Source: an uncultured delta proteobacterium
GTDB taxonomy: Bacteria; Desulfobacterota; Binatia; JACPRU01
Assembly: GCA_963745025.1 (NCBI GenBank)
Contig: CAVUWD010000011.1
Span: 608,742 to 672,741 of the forward strand
Direction: 5' to 3'
DNA: 64,000 bases
Under the pieces are notes generated by a model. That model saw only the letters and a list, made by a program, of their open reading frames with translations. It searched no databases and was not told the DNA's origin. Positions 22,672-32,461 of this stretch are shown in pieces (position 1 is the first letter of the stretch; the number at the start of each line of letters is the position of its first letter). A program made the translations under genes and the position numbers.

Positions 22672-23257
22672 GTGGACCATCCGAATGTCGATGCGAAGGT
22701 GGAGTGGCTCGAGAACGGCCTCGGGGAATTCGCCTCGGCGACCGCCGCAGGCGTTCGCGCTCGGCGCTATCGCGCGTCGCTGCTGACGGCGTCGACCCCG
22801 CCTAAGGGGAGAATAGTCCTGGGGAACGGTCGGCCTGCCGCTCGTCCTCCTTCCAAAGGACCGATCTCGCCGGCTCGTTGATCAGGTGGAGAAACATCTG
22901 TGGACTCCTTCCGGCCTGCGCTCGCTCGCCGCCGGCGATCCCATATATGTCGGCCGCTACCAAGGCGGGCCGCGCGAGCGCGATGGAGCCTGTCACCAGG
23001 GGACCACGTGGCCCTTCCTCGCCGGGCCGCTCGTTGAGGCGTGGGTGCGCGTGCGCGGCGGCACCGCTTCCGCGCAGGGCGAAGTGCGACACCGCTTCCT
23101 CGAGCCGCTGTTCCCGCACGTCGACCCGAGCGGACTCGGCCATCTCGCGGAAATCGCCGATACGGATCCTCCGCACGCGTCGCGCGGCTGGACGTTCCAA
23201 GCCTGGTCGGTGGGTGAGGCGCTCAGGCTCGCCCGCCTGGTCCTCGCCAAGCGTTGA
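22672..23257 (+). pseudogene. Amylo-alpha-1,6-glucosidase (glycogen debranching) remnant, N- and C-termini only
   Basis: EWLENGLGEFASATAAGVRARRY...TPPKGRIVL joined to LWTPSGLRSL...HQGTTWPFL...HLAEIAD...QAWSVGEALR; the middle of the gene is missing. Confidence 0.8.
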
Positions 23258-23266
23258 GGCCTCGGT

Positions 23267-24073
23267 TCAGACGCTCGCGGAGGAGCGAGCGATCGTCGGA
23301 AGCGTCGACCGGGTGCGGAACGCGCAGAAGATGCAGGGCTGATCCTCCGCGTGGTCGAGTTTGGCGCAAAAGACGCCCTCCTCGCCGAAGAGCCCCACAT
23401 AGGCTTCCGCGGCCGCGAGCATGCCGAGAGGCGGCGCGGTGAAGTAGATCCAAAGCGCCTGCCAATCCTGGGCGAAGAGAGCGGAGGCGAGCGTCCGCGC
23501 CGGATTCATGCTCATTCCCGAGATCGGAGCCTCGAGACTGATGTAGGCGGCGATCAGCAGGCCGCAGCACACGCCCGTGAACCGCGAAACGAGCTCGATG
23601 TTCGACACCCAGAGCACAATGGTCATCAGCACGAAGGAGATCGCCGCCTCGGCGAGGAACGCCCCGCCGCTACCGTAGCTTCCCGGCAGAGTCGCCACGT
23701 AGTTCACCGACGGGTGGGCGAGCGTCCCTCCGAGCAGGAGAGCCGCGATCCATACCCCGGCAGCGCCGCCGGCGAACTGCGCCGCCACGTAGCAGGCCGC
23801 ATCTCCTGGATGAATTTTTCCGAGCCAGAAAAACGTCAGCGTCATGCACGGGTTGATGTGAGCGCCCGAGCGCTGGCCCCAGGGCGAGTAGACGATGGCG
23901 ACGGCGGTGAGCCCCATGGCGATGCCCATCAGCACGCGGCGCAGGACGGGATTCGGCAGCAGCTGGTGGAGCGGCGAGCTCGTGTGCTCGAGCAGCGCGC
24001 CGAACGCGCAAGCCGAGATCATGAACGCGCCGAGTCCCGCGGCTTCGATCAGGTACTCGGGCCAGTGGCGCAT
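23267..24073 (-). CDS. MIP/aquaporin-family channel
   Basis: SGAHINPC and GMSMNPART loops, six TM helices, C-terminal CAKLDH...CIFC. Confidence 0.9.
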   Translation of the reverse strand: MRHWPEYLIEAAGLGAFMISACAFGALLEHTSSPLHQLLPNPVLRRVLMGIAMGLTAVAIVYSPWGQRSGAHINPCMTLTFFWLGKIHPGDAACYVAAQFAGGAAGVWIAALLLGGTLAHPSVNYVATLPGSYGSGGAFLAEAAISFVLMTIVLWVSNIELVSRFTGVCCGLLIAAYISLEAPISGMSMNPARTLASALFAQDWQALWIYFTAPPLGMLAAAEAYVGLFGEEGVFCAKLDHAEDQPCIFCAFRTRSTLPTIARSSASV

Positions 24074-24098
24074 GGTCGTCGCTCTCCACAGACGCCGG

Positions 24099-24650
24099 CT
24101 AGACCTTGTCGCGCCCTGTCATCCGCGCGATCAGGCCATCGAGCGACACCGGTCCCGGCCCGGCGATCGCCAGCCAAGCGAAGATCGCGACATAGGCCCA
24201 CTCGACGAGGCTGAGGAGAGCGGGGATCGAGTCGACGTTCTCCCACTGCGCGGTACGGATCGCCACCAGCATCACGATGATCAGCGGGATCGCCGCGACC
24301 CGGGTGGCGAGGCCGAAGAGCACCAGTAGCCCGCAGAAGAGTTCGTTCGCCGAGGCGAACGGCGCTTGGTACTGCGGATACGGAACGCCGAGCTCCGTGA
24401 AGTAATCGATGATCTTCGGCAGGTTGTGGAGCTTTCCCCATCCGCTGGAGGCGAACACCCAGCCGACCGTGACCCGGGCCACGAGCGGCGCGAGCCATGC
24501 GAGCCGCGAGGCCACGGCGATCGGCAGGTCGTAGATCAAGGTTGCGATCAGCTTCATGATTCCTTCCCTTCTTGAGCTCGCCGCCACGGCGCCCGGGGAA
24601 GGCGCCTCATCTCGGTGCAACAGCTTTGCAACTGCCGTGAGAGTCTCCAT
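24099..24650 (-). CDS. DoxX-family membrane protein
   Basis: LVARVTVGWVFASSGWGKL, NELFCGLLVLFGLATR, GPGPVSLD. Two SD-supported starts (24650 and 24557). Confidence 0.88.
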   Translation of the reverse strand: METLTAVAKLLHRDEAPSPGAVAASSRREGIMKLIATLIYDLPIAVASRLAWLAPLVARVTVGWVFASSGWGKLHNLPKIIDYFTELGVPYPQYQAPFASANELFCGLLVLFGLATRVAAIPLIIVMLVAIRTAQWENVDSIPALLSLVEWAYVAIFAWLAIAGPGPVSLDGLIARMTGRDKV

Positions 24651-24684
24651 GTCTGTCCTCCTCGGTCGAGTATCTTCGGTGGTG

Positions 24685-24711
24685 AGATGCCTCGCCACAC
24701 TTTCAGGTTTC
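24685..24711 (-). promoter_or_regulatory. ECF-type promoter of the doxX-aquaporin unit
   Basis: GAAAC-N17-CATCT, followed by SD GAGGAGG. Confidence 0.55.
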
Positions 24712-25249
24712 GTCGGTGATGACAGGGGCTCGAGGGCTCGTACTGGACGGCGAGAGGCCAACTGGCGTGGAGCGCTTTGGAGTTCGCTACGAGCGCCAAC
24801 AGCAAGACCGTCTTCTACGGGAACGACCTTTCAGATGCGTCGTCTCCGGGGTTGCCTTTCAAGGTACTGGAAGTCTTCAACAATGTGGCGAACTGCACGA
24901 CATTGCCTAGGCCGTCCGCGAACATCTCGGCGCTCTTCGACAACGTGTCCCTGAACTCGTCCGCCGTCGGGCCGTAGAATAAACGCGAGGATGGGAAAAG
25001 TCTCCGCAAAGTACTGATTGAACGTCAGTGTCCCTCCACCTGACGGCGAAAACTCTTTCCTCCCCGAGCCAAGGGAATAGCCTGTGGGCGGGTAATATCT
25101 ACGACCACGATGACGGCGCGAGGAGATCGGCGGGCAGGATGACGGTGCCACGACTGTCGATTGCGCGCGCGCCACCTCGGAGAGATAACGCGCGGGCTCG
25201 ACTCCGACGACTCCCGGACAGGGAACCTTGGTGGACACCACCGGCCGTA

Positions 25250-25459
25250 AATGACGCGACGGCGCATTGGGACATCCCGGATCCGGGATCGCTGGAGCGA
25301 TCGGACACGGATCGCTTGTCGGCGTTCCGAACGACGTACGACGGGCTCGAGCGCCGCGTTCAGCGGCTCACGAGCCTGCGCATCGATCTGCAGGACCGGG
25401 TGAGGCTTCGGCACAAGCTCGAGCGCATCGACGAGCTCCCGCGCGGCGGCGAGCGTTAG
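25250..25459 (+). pseudogene. Arsenate reductase / LMW-PTP family C-terminal remnant
   Basis: TAHWDIPDP...AFRTTYDGLERRVQRLTSL..D...LRHKLERI; the CxxNxxRS P-loop is absent. Confidence 0.55.
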
Positions 25460-25460
25460 C

Positions 25461-26516
25461 TCAGCCGTTCACGCGCGGCAAGGCACCGAGAGCGCCATGG
25501 ACGGCCGCCAAATACGCGGGCGAGCGATCGAAGGCATGCTGGCGAAGGCATGCCTCCGTGAACTTGATCGCGTGCTCGTCGCCGTGAGCGATCGCCCTGT
25601 CGAGGAGCGTGTCGACGCTCTCGTTCCGCGGCTCGATGTCCACCGCGGGCGGCAGGGTACCGAACGCGGCATAGAGCGCGGCGCTCGCTTGCCAGGCGAA
25701 TCGTAGCGCCGTGCTAGCCGTCACGACGTCTTCGAGGTGAGGCAACATCGCCGCGACCGCCGCGATGCTCGTCACCCCGTGAATGAAGACGATCGCCGTC
25801 AGGACGTCGTGCGCGTTGGCGAGATACACCCGCGCAAACGCCTCCGTCAGCTCGGACGCCAATCGATCCGGCGGGCCGCTCACGTCGATGAAGTCGATGA
25901 CGGTCGCGAAGTCGGGAAACTCGCCGAGCGCCTCGAGTGATGAAGTGATCGTGCCGTGGAAGCGCCGCCCATCGGCGGGAACGAGCGGCACCTTGCGGAT
26001 CGCGTCGCTCACGCTTGCCGGCCGTCCGCCGGGCGCGGTCGGGAGCTCCTGGTAGGTCGACGCCCAGGAGGCGAGCGCGTCCGCAAGCTCGCGGAGACGA
26101 TTCGTCGACGCCGACTCCCCGAGACTCCGAACCGCGTGCCCGACCCGGATCACGCCGTGCGTCGCCGACGCCGAGATGCCCGGCGCGAGCCGGCGGAGCC
26201 ACTCGTCGAGGACTCGGCTCCAGGGAGCGCGCTTCAGCTCTTCGCCGAAGAGCTCGCTCCAATCCGCGAAGCGCTCGGCCCGACCGAGCGCGCTGCGCCA
26301 GTCGCGGGTCGAGATGCGCTCGCGCGCGGAAGGCCGAGACAGCATGCCCTTCCGATAGCGCTCGAGCCAGGGGAACACCGAGTCCGGACGGCCCATCGCG
26401 CAGAGCGCTTCCACGACCATCGGCGCGTGGCTCGTGAGTCCGTTGGCCAGGTCCGGGCCGTAACCGGAGAGGACGTCGAGCGCTTCGTCGAGCGCGGAAT
26501 AGTCCGCTTCGGCCAC
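25461..26516 (-). CDS. Questin oxidase family (DUF4243) protein
   Basis: LTSHAPMVVEAL, ATHGVIRVGHA, FIHGVTS, GDEHAIKF; TACACT 7 nt before the GTG (leaderless-like). Confidence 0.8.
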   Translation of the reverse strand: MAEADYSALDEALDVLSGYGPDLANGLTSHAPMVVEALCAMGRPDSVFPWLERYRKGMLSRPSARERISTRDWRSALGRAERFADWSELFGEELKRAPWSRVLDEWLRRLAPGISASATHGVIRVGHAVRSLGESASTNRLRELADALASWASTYQELPTAPGGRPASVSDAIRKVPLVPADGRRFHGTITSSLEALGEFPDFATVIDFIDVSGPPDRLASELTEAFARVYLANAHDVLTAIVFIHGVTSIAAVAAMLPHLEDVVTASTALRFAWQASAALYAAFGTLPPAVDIEPRNESVDTLLDRAIAHGDEHAIKFTEACLRQHAFDRSPAYLAAVHGALGALPRVNG

Positions 26517-26700
26517 GCTAGCGAGTGTACTCTCATCGGAAGCTCAAGCCAGGATCTCGCCTCGGAGCAAGCAATCAGCCCGAAGCATGCACGGACGGCG
26601 CCGATCGTTCAGTCCTACGGCGCTCGACCGGGCTCCGTCGCCTTCACGGACGCGTCCGTACCCGATAGAGGCCGCGAAGCGGTCTTCATGCAGGCGCTTT

Positions 26701-27540
26701 TCATGGCTGCGATCCGCTTCCCAGCAATGTGTGGAGAGGCGTCGCCCCCGCGCCGAGCACGCGATGGCTCGTCCGGTCCTGAACGAAAGCGACGATCCGG
26801 ATCTGCTCTCGAACCCAAGCCTCGCCGATGCGAACGCGCGCCTCGGCGACGAAGCTCGCATCCGGAATGCCCACTCTTTGGAGCGAGCGGACCACCGCCC
26901 CATGTCGAAGCTTGCGGCCGCCGTTCTCGCCGCGGAGGACGTCCGTGGCGAGTCCATCTTCGGTGATCGCCACCCAAAGCTCCGGGGCGCCAGCGTCACC
27001 GTCGTACGGCCCCGATTCGATTCGGACGGTGAGGAAATCGCCCGAGAGCGCGCCGGGTGTGCCGCTGATCGTTACGGCGACCGTGGGGCCTCTCGTCGCC
27101 TGCGCCACCGCTTCACGAGCGCGCGAGAGATCACTGCCGACGAATTCGGTCCTCCCGTCGACGATCATCTGCGGCGTGTAACTCCGACCGGCACCGAAGG
27201 CGTCGCCATACTCGTCCTGACGAAGACTGAGCGCTCGCGAAGAGAACGGATCCGTCCAACCGAGCCGGTTCCAGTAGTCCACATGCTCCTCGAGGGCGAT
27301 CACCTCGGCGCCCGGAACCGGCTGTTCGGAGGCCAGCGTCAAGAGTGCAGTATCGGCTGGCGGGCAGCTCGAGCATCCCTCGGACGTGAAGAGCTCGACG
27401 AGGACCGCAACCGGGCGCCTAAGTGGCGCGGCGCCGTTCTCAGGCGCCGCTGCACGGGTTTCTCGTCGATCGACGATTGTGGTCAGCGCCAACAAGCAAA
27501 GGAGCGCGCCAAAACCTGCTCCGATCCAGTGTGATCGCAT
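26701..27540 (-). CDS. DUF1223 secreted thioredoxin-fold protein
   Basis: VLVELFTSEGCSSCPPAD, HVDYWNRLGWTDPFS, YTPQMIVDG, RGENGGRKLRH. Confidence 0.88.
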   Translation of the reverse strand: MRSHWIGAGFGALLCLLALTTIVDRRETRAAAPENGAAPLRRPVAVLVELFTSEGCSSCPPADTALLTLASEQPVPGAEVIALEEHVDYWNRLGWTDPFSSRALSLRQDEYGDAFGAGRSYTPQMIVDGRTEFVGSDLSRAREAVAQATRGPTVAVTISGTPGALSGDFLTVRIESGPYDGDAGAPELWVAITEDGLATDVLRGENGGRKLRHGAVVRSLQRVGIPDASFVAEARVRIGEAWVREQIRIVAFVQDRTSHRVLGAGATPLHTLLGSGSQP

Positions 27541-27829
27541 CCAGTTCCCCCTGAGCGGCCCGCCGATTGGGGAACATCGAAGGTCGCGGCGGAGTTCCCG
27601 TACTTCGCCTTCCGGCAGCCAGCCATCGGCACTCCGCTGTCGACGCGTCGGCGGTAGGCCACCAGCGCAACGCCCGCGGCCAGCAGGGCGAACAGCGCCA
27701 CGGGGCCATTCTCGGCCGCGACCCGGGCAGCGCCCTCGCTTCGGAGCAGGACGCCGCGAGTCGCTCGCTCATCTGGGTGAGCGGCAGCGCTTCGCCGACA
27801 GCGCGAAGGTGCACGGGATCTCTAACCCG

Positions 27830-28232
27830 GACGATCCGGATCTGGCGTGTGAAAAACGGCTACTCCGGAGAGAAGCCGCTCTTTCGGCGTCTCGTGACGC
27901 TTCTCCGGCGCTACCTCCGTACCCGGACCGATGACAATGCGGCGCTCTTCGTCGGTCGCCAAGGGCGCCTGAGCAAGCGCTGGATCCAGGCTCTCTTCAC
28001 CCGCTACGCCACTGCCGCCAACCTCCCGCCGAATCGGAGGCACGTGCATTGTCTCAGGCACAGCTGCGCGACCTACCTTCTCGACGCTGGCGAGCCGATC
28101 GACTTCGTACAAGATCACCTCGGTCATCGAAACATCGAGTCGAGCCTCGTCTATGCCCGCGTGTCGGATCGGCGGCGAAGCAAGACCATCAGCAGGCTCG
28201 AGCGGTCGCGGGAGATCGCGCTGCCAGCTTGA
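27830..28232 (+). pseudogene. Tyrosine recombinase C-terminal half (FimB/FimE-like)
   Basis: RIWRVKNG, HVHCLRHS, QDHLGHRNIESSLVY (HxxR, H, Y intact); the N-terminal catalytic Arg box is missing. Confidence 0.78.
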
Positions 28233-28626
28233 ACGCGCGACCCTCTCTCCCACCTCACCAACCCCGAGTAACCATCCGCCCTTCTCTCACCTTTGAACGG
28301 CAGCAGCCCGAGGCCTTCGTGCCTCCGGCTGCTGCCGGTCCCGCCCTCCTTTTTTGGCCAAAATTAGAAACCTGTAAACTCGAAATTCCCCGACATCTCT
28401 CGCTGCATGAGCAGCTGCGCGGCGAGTCCGGGTTGACTCGGCTCCTGCGACACCTCCGCGCGCACGGCTTGATCGCCAAGGTTCTGTACTCGCGACGCTG
28501 GCGCGCCTCTCTCCCCGGCCGCCGCGCTCAAGCTACGCGAGGTCGCCTACCCGAGCTACTGCCTGAACCCCAGAGGATCCTCGCAAAACACAAAGAATCT
28601 ACGGAGAAAGAATCTTTGAGATCGAC

Positions 28627-31600
28627 TCATCTTGGAACTCGACGTTGCCGCTCTTTCTTGTTCCCGGTCCTTACACGCAGAATCCGTCGAACCGGTGCCG
28701 CAGCGAGAAACGCGTGGCGCAGCGGGTCGTCGGGCGCGAACGAGTTCGCGAGTGCGAGGATGATCGCTTCGGCACGCGCCCGCTGGGTTTCCGCAGCGGT
28801 TTCGTTCTTTGCCTGTCCGTACAGATCGGACCGGGTGGCGTGAACGCGCCACGCCGTCGTGGGAATCCCAAACTTGTGCAGAACCGCGAGGCCCTTCTCG
28901 ATTTTCTCCTCCGCACCTTTCCAGTCCTTCTCAGCCATCGCGACTCGTGCGCCCACCTCCCAAGCCAGTGCGTGCAGGTTGGGCTCGGCAGTGGACAAGG
29001 CGGATTGCAGAAAGCGACCGGCAGCAACCCGCGCTTCGCGCAGGTTTCCGGAAGCCAGCCAAACGTTACCTAGCCCGAGCTCGGCGTGCATGCGCCAGTA
29101 CCAGTGGAGGAAAAACTTGGGACTTTCCTTGGAATCAAGCACTCGGCAGAAGCTCCGCGACGCGTCATCGTATTTTCCCCGATCCAGAGCGGCGTAGCCG
29201 CTCGCGATCCCGCCAAGGGCTTGTGATTGTCCGTGCCAGTATGCGCCGGCGCTCCGTGCTGCCATCCTCTCACAGAGCTGGCGGGCGCCAGTGAAATCCA
29301 AGACTGCTGTGTGCAGCCACGCTTCGCGGAAAACGAAAAACCACGGTTCATTGTTGTTCTCCTCGGCGATCTCTCTTCCGCTGCGCAGGAGTCGCACCAG
29401 CTCGCCAAGCCGGCCTGAAAGCAACAGCGCAAGCGTTTTTCCGCTGAGCGCAAGGAAGCGCACCACCCCGCTGGTCGACTCGTTCTCATTGGGGATGCCG
29501 GTTTCGAGGTTCTTGAGGGCTCCCGTGTAGTCGCCCCGCAGCAATTGGAGATGTGCATAGATCACCCTGTCAAATGCGGGCGGGCCGGCTTCGCTCAAGC
29601 GGTGGATCGTCTCGCTGGCAGCCGCAGAGATCTCCCAGTCCTTCATTCGCCAGGTGTCGAACGTAAGCCTGACATACGCAGCCAGCAGGTCGGTGCGCGC
29701 ATGCCGCAGCGGATCGTCCAAGTTGGCACTGAGGTGCACGGCCCGCTCGATTGCCGCCATGCCGCGGCTCGGATCGATGAAACAAAACGGACGGACCAAG
29801 CTGATGAGTGCGTCGACTTGAGCAGAGGTTGAACCAGCATCGGCCGCCCGCGCCGCTGCGGCTTCGTAGGCTGCGGCGCACTCGCTCATCGCGCCGCGTC
29901 CGAAGTGCGCATCGCCCATGCGTTGCAGCAGCTCAATCTCTAGTTGGCTGCGGCCGTTCCCAGCCAGGTGGTGAGTAAGCGATCGCGCCTGCCCCAGCAC
30001 CCGGATCGCGTCCGCGTACGCGAAGCGCCCGGCCGCATTCTCCGCCGCCAGGACGAGGTAGCGGATGGCCCGCTGGTAGTCGCCCGCCTCCTCGAAGTGC
30101 CAGGCAAGCGACCCCGCAATCCCCGTGGCCTGCGCGCCGTAGGTATGCTCAAGCCACTCGCCGACCCGCTTGTGCAATCGCAGGCGCCAACCGGCGTGCA
30201 CCCGCTCGGCGATGATGTGGGGATACAAGCTATGGGTAAAGCGGTAGCGCGCGACGTTTGTTCCGTCGGGGAGCGCGAACAATCCCGCCGCAGACAGGAA
30301 CTGCCCCTCTCGTGCGAGCGCATCGCAGCGTTCCTCGACGGCCAGCGGATGCCCACCGAGGCCGATCGCAACCGATCCTATCGTGAAATCGTTCCCGAGC
30401 ACGCTCGCGGCTTCGAGCACGCGCTGTGCCTCGGGTGGCAGGCGATTCATCTGCTGTTCGACGAGCGCGCGCAGGCTCTCCGGGACGGCGCGCCTGATCT
30501 CAGTGACAGGTCCTCTCAGCCGCCAGCGATCGTCCTCCAGCTCCAGCACCCGAAGGGCGACGAGCTCATCCACCACCCGCACCATGAAGAGCGGATTACC
30601 GTCCGTGCGCTGGTGCACGGCACGCGCCAGCTCGGACGGAAACGCATGCCCGCCGAAACGTTGCGCCAGATACGCAGCGACATGCGGCTCGCGCAGGAAC
30701 GCGAGGGCGATGTCCTCGCATTGGCGCCGCACCCGCAGCTCCTGAACGAGCGCCCGCAGGGGATGCGCCTTCACGATGACATCCACCGGGCGATAGCTGC
30801 CGACCAGCAGAAGGCGCGCTGCTTCCTGGCGGCGCGCCAGCATGCCGAGCAGGTCGAGGGTCGAATAGTCGCTCCAGTGGAGATCCTCGATCACCAACAG
30901 GAGCGGAGTCGTGGCGGTCAGTGCCTCGACGGCTTCCGCCATCTCACGCAACATGCGCTCCTTGGTGGCCCCGAGCAGCTCGCGGCGCAACGCCTCGCGA
31001 TCGCCGCGGTCTTCCAGCCACGGCAGCTGCACCAACCATGCGGGGGCGTGCGTCTTGAGTACGCGGATCACGCGCTCGGCCCCGGGTTCGCGCAGCAGTC
31101 GTCCAAACGCCTCGAGGACCGGCAGATACGCCTCCGCCGCCCCGTAGTGCTCTAGGCAGGTGCCGCGCGCAATCAACAAATCCGGATCGGACGCGGCGCG
31201 AGCCAGAAATGCGTCGAGCACGGTGGTCTTGCCGATGCCGGCTTCACCGGAGAGGAACACGAGCTGACGCTGGCCGGCGAGGGCGTGCGTGAGCCGGTCC
31301 TCGAGCTGCGCGAGCACCCTGTCGCGGCCGACCAAAGCGCGGCGCGGATCAGCCGCCGCCGGGACCTGGGCCTTCCGGGCACGGGGGCCGATGAAGCGGT
31401 ACCCCCGGCGAGGCACGTTCTCGATGAAGGACGGCGCCGCCGGATTGTCACCGAGCGCGCGGCGGATCTCCAAGATGATGACCTTGAGTACGCCGTCGCT
31501 GACGTGGGTCTTGGGCCACCCGGCCAGCAGCAGCTCCTCTTTTGAGACCAGCTGCCCGCCGTCGTCGACGAGCCGGCGCAGGATCGCGAAGGCCTTCGGG

Positions 31601-31695
31601 GTGAGCGCGACCACCTCGCCGCTGCACAAGAGCTGCTCGTTAGCGAGGTCCAGGGAAAAATCCCCGAAGGTCACGCACCGTTCAGCTTCCATCAC
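28627..31695 (-). CDS. Winged-helix (trans_reg_C) + STAND AAA ATPase + TPR transcriptional regulator
   Basis: LTPKAFAIL...IENVPRRGYRF, GEAGIGKT, IEDLHWSD, RTDGNPLF, helical repeat C-terminus. Confidence 0.9.
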   Translation of the reverse strand: MMEAERCVTFGDFSLDLANEQLLCSGEVVALTPKAFAILRRLVDDGGQLVSKEELLLAGWPKTHVSDGVLKVIILEIRRALGDNPAAPSFIENVPRRGYRFIGPRARKAQVPAAADPRRALVGRDRVLAQLEDRLTHALAGQRQLVFLSGEAGIGKTTVLDAFLARAASDPDLLIARGTCLEHYGAAEAYLPVLEAFGRLLREPGAERVIRVLKTHAPAWLVQLPWLEDRGDREALRRELLGATKERMLREMAEAVEALTATTPLLLVIEDLHWSDYSTLDLLGMLARRQEAARLLLVGSYRPVDVIVKAHPLRALVQELRVRRQCEDIALAFLREPHVAAYLAQRFGGHAFPSELARAVHQRTDGNPLFMVRVVDELVALRVLELEDDRWRLRGPVTEIRRAVPESLRALVEQQMNRLPPEAQRVLEAASVLGNDFTIGSVAIGLGGHPLAVEERCDALAREGQFLSAAGLFALPDGTNVARYRFTHSLYPHIIAERVHAGWRLRLHKRVGEWLEHTYGAQATGIAGSLAWHFEEAGDYQRAIRYLVLAAENAAGRFAYADAIRVLGQARSLTHHLAGNGRSQLEIELLQRMGDAHFGRGAMSECAAAYEAAAARAADAGSTSAQVDALISLVRPFCFIDPSRGMAAIERAVHLSANLDDPLRHARTDLLAAYVRLTFDTWRMKDWEISAAASETIHRLSEAGPPAFDRVIYAHLQLLRGDYTGALKNLETGIPNENESTSGVVRFLALSGKTLALLLSGRLGELVRLLRSGREIAEENNNEPWFFVFREAWLHTAVLDFTGARQLCERMAARSAGAYWHGQSQALGGIASGYAALDRGKYDDASRSFCRVLDSKESPKFFLHWYWRMHAELGLGNVWLASGNLREARVAAGRFLQSALSTAEPNLHALAWEVGARVAMAEKDWKGAEEKIEKGLAVLHKFGIPTTAWRVHATRSDLYGQAKNETAAETQRARAEAIILALANSFAPDDPLRHAFLAAAPVRRILRVRTGNKKERQRRVPR

Positions 31696-31709
31696 CCCGG
31701 AAACCGTCT

Positions 31710-31738
31710 TCTAACCACCTTCTAACCCCAATCTGACG
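31710..31738 (+). promoter_or_regulatory. Three heptamer direct repeats at 11-bp period (OmpR/SARP-type operator)
   Basis: TCTAACC 31710, TCTAACC 31721, TCTGACG 31732; TATTGT at 31771-76, 7 nt before ATG 31784. Confidence 0.6.
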
Positions 31739-31783
31739 CCGGTTCCATCGTGCGTGACTGCGCCGCCCCGTATTGTCGGGCGC

Positions 31784-32164
31784 ATGCAACAGAAGCGGAA
31801 CATTCCTCGATCCTCTCCACCCCCGACCGCGAAACCGGACCGGCTCGAATTGCGCCCCGACCGCGCCTTCGTTCTGCACCTGGACGTGCGCGCCCAATTG
31901 CCACGCCGAGTGGTCGGCCGGGTCGAGCACGTTACCTCTGGGCAGGTAACGCACGTCACCTGTCTTGGCGAGCTGATGGCCTTCATGGCGAAGGTGCTGC
32001 GCAACCAAGTCCGGGGCGAGCGAGGAACAGCATACGCAACTCGTGTGCAGGAGCCCTGCCAAAGCGCGGTCGCGTCGAGCGCGCGCGGTCCCCTTGATGA
32101 AGACGCCGCCGGCTCAGCGGCCCAGCAGACCCTTCGGGGTCGAAAGCGAAGAGCAGAGTCATGA
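31784..32164 (+). CDS. Small hypothetical protein divergent from the STAND regulator
   Basis: DRAFVLHL...GRVEHVTSGQVTH...ELMAFMAKVL, a pattern I recall beside wHTH-STAND genes; the C-terminal tail may be read-through. Confidence 0.6.
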   Translation: MQQKRNIPRSSPPPTAKPDRLELRPDRAFVLHLDVRAQLPRRVVGRVEHVTSGQVTHVTCLGELMAFMAKVLRNQVRGERGTAYATRVQEPCQSAVASSARGPLDEDAAGSAAQQTLRGRKRRAES

Positions 32165-32461
32165 ACCAACGTCACGTGCATCGCATGCGCGGAATCGCCG
32201 TTGTCTGTCTCGCCCCGGTGCTCCCGGCCGGAGCAGCGACGCTGCGGTGTACCCAAGACTCGGTGAATGTCGGCTGGTGATCGCGTCGACAAGCACGAGG
32301 CCAGCGAGTGGCAGGTTCCCGGTCGATACTCCGCCCGAAGTGCCGCGTATCTGCGCGGGTAACCGTTGAAACAGAGTTGAAGGACAGAGAAACGACCGTG
32401 CATCGAACTGCGTCGTCTGGAGCGCTCGTTCGAGCGAGAGAATTCGAGAAGGAGGGCCGGC

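Noticed and set aside
24777-24977. 66-aa ORF ending ...ALFDNVSLNSSAVGP
   Set aside because: Looks like the C-terminal stub of a secreted protein, but no family could be assigned and it has no credible start.
27483-27830. Hydrophobic segment + RRR (ALFALLAAGVALVAYRRR) resembling a C-terminal sorting signal, and GGAAC-N17-TGTTC upstream of DUF1223
   Set aside because: Only a frameshifted remnant with no parent gene; the promoter-like element lacks the CATC -10 of the regulon.
27830-28232. FimB-like recombinase as the driver of the sigma/promoter inversion at 33 kb
   Set aside because: The gene lacks its N-terminal half, and I found no inverted recombination sites flanking the flipped segment.
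32046-32061. Minus-strand TGGCAGGGCTCCTGCA (GG-N10-GC)
   Set aside because: Spacing fits sigma54, but it lies ~350 bp from the next minus-strand start, inside another ORF, with no UAS/IHF support; chance is likely in GC-rich DNA.
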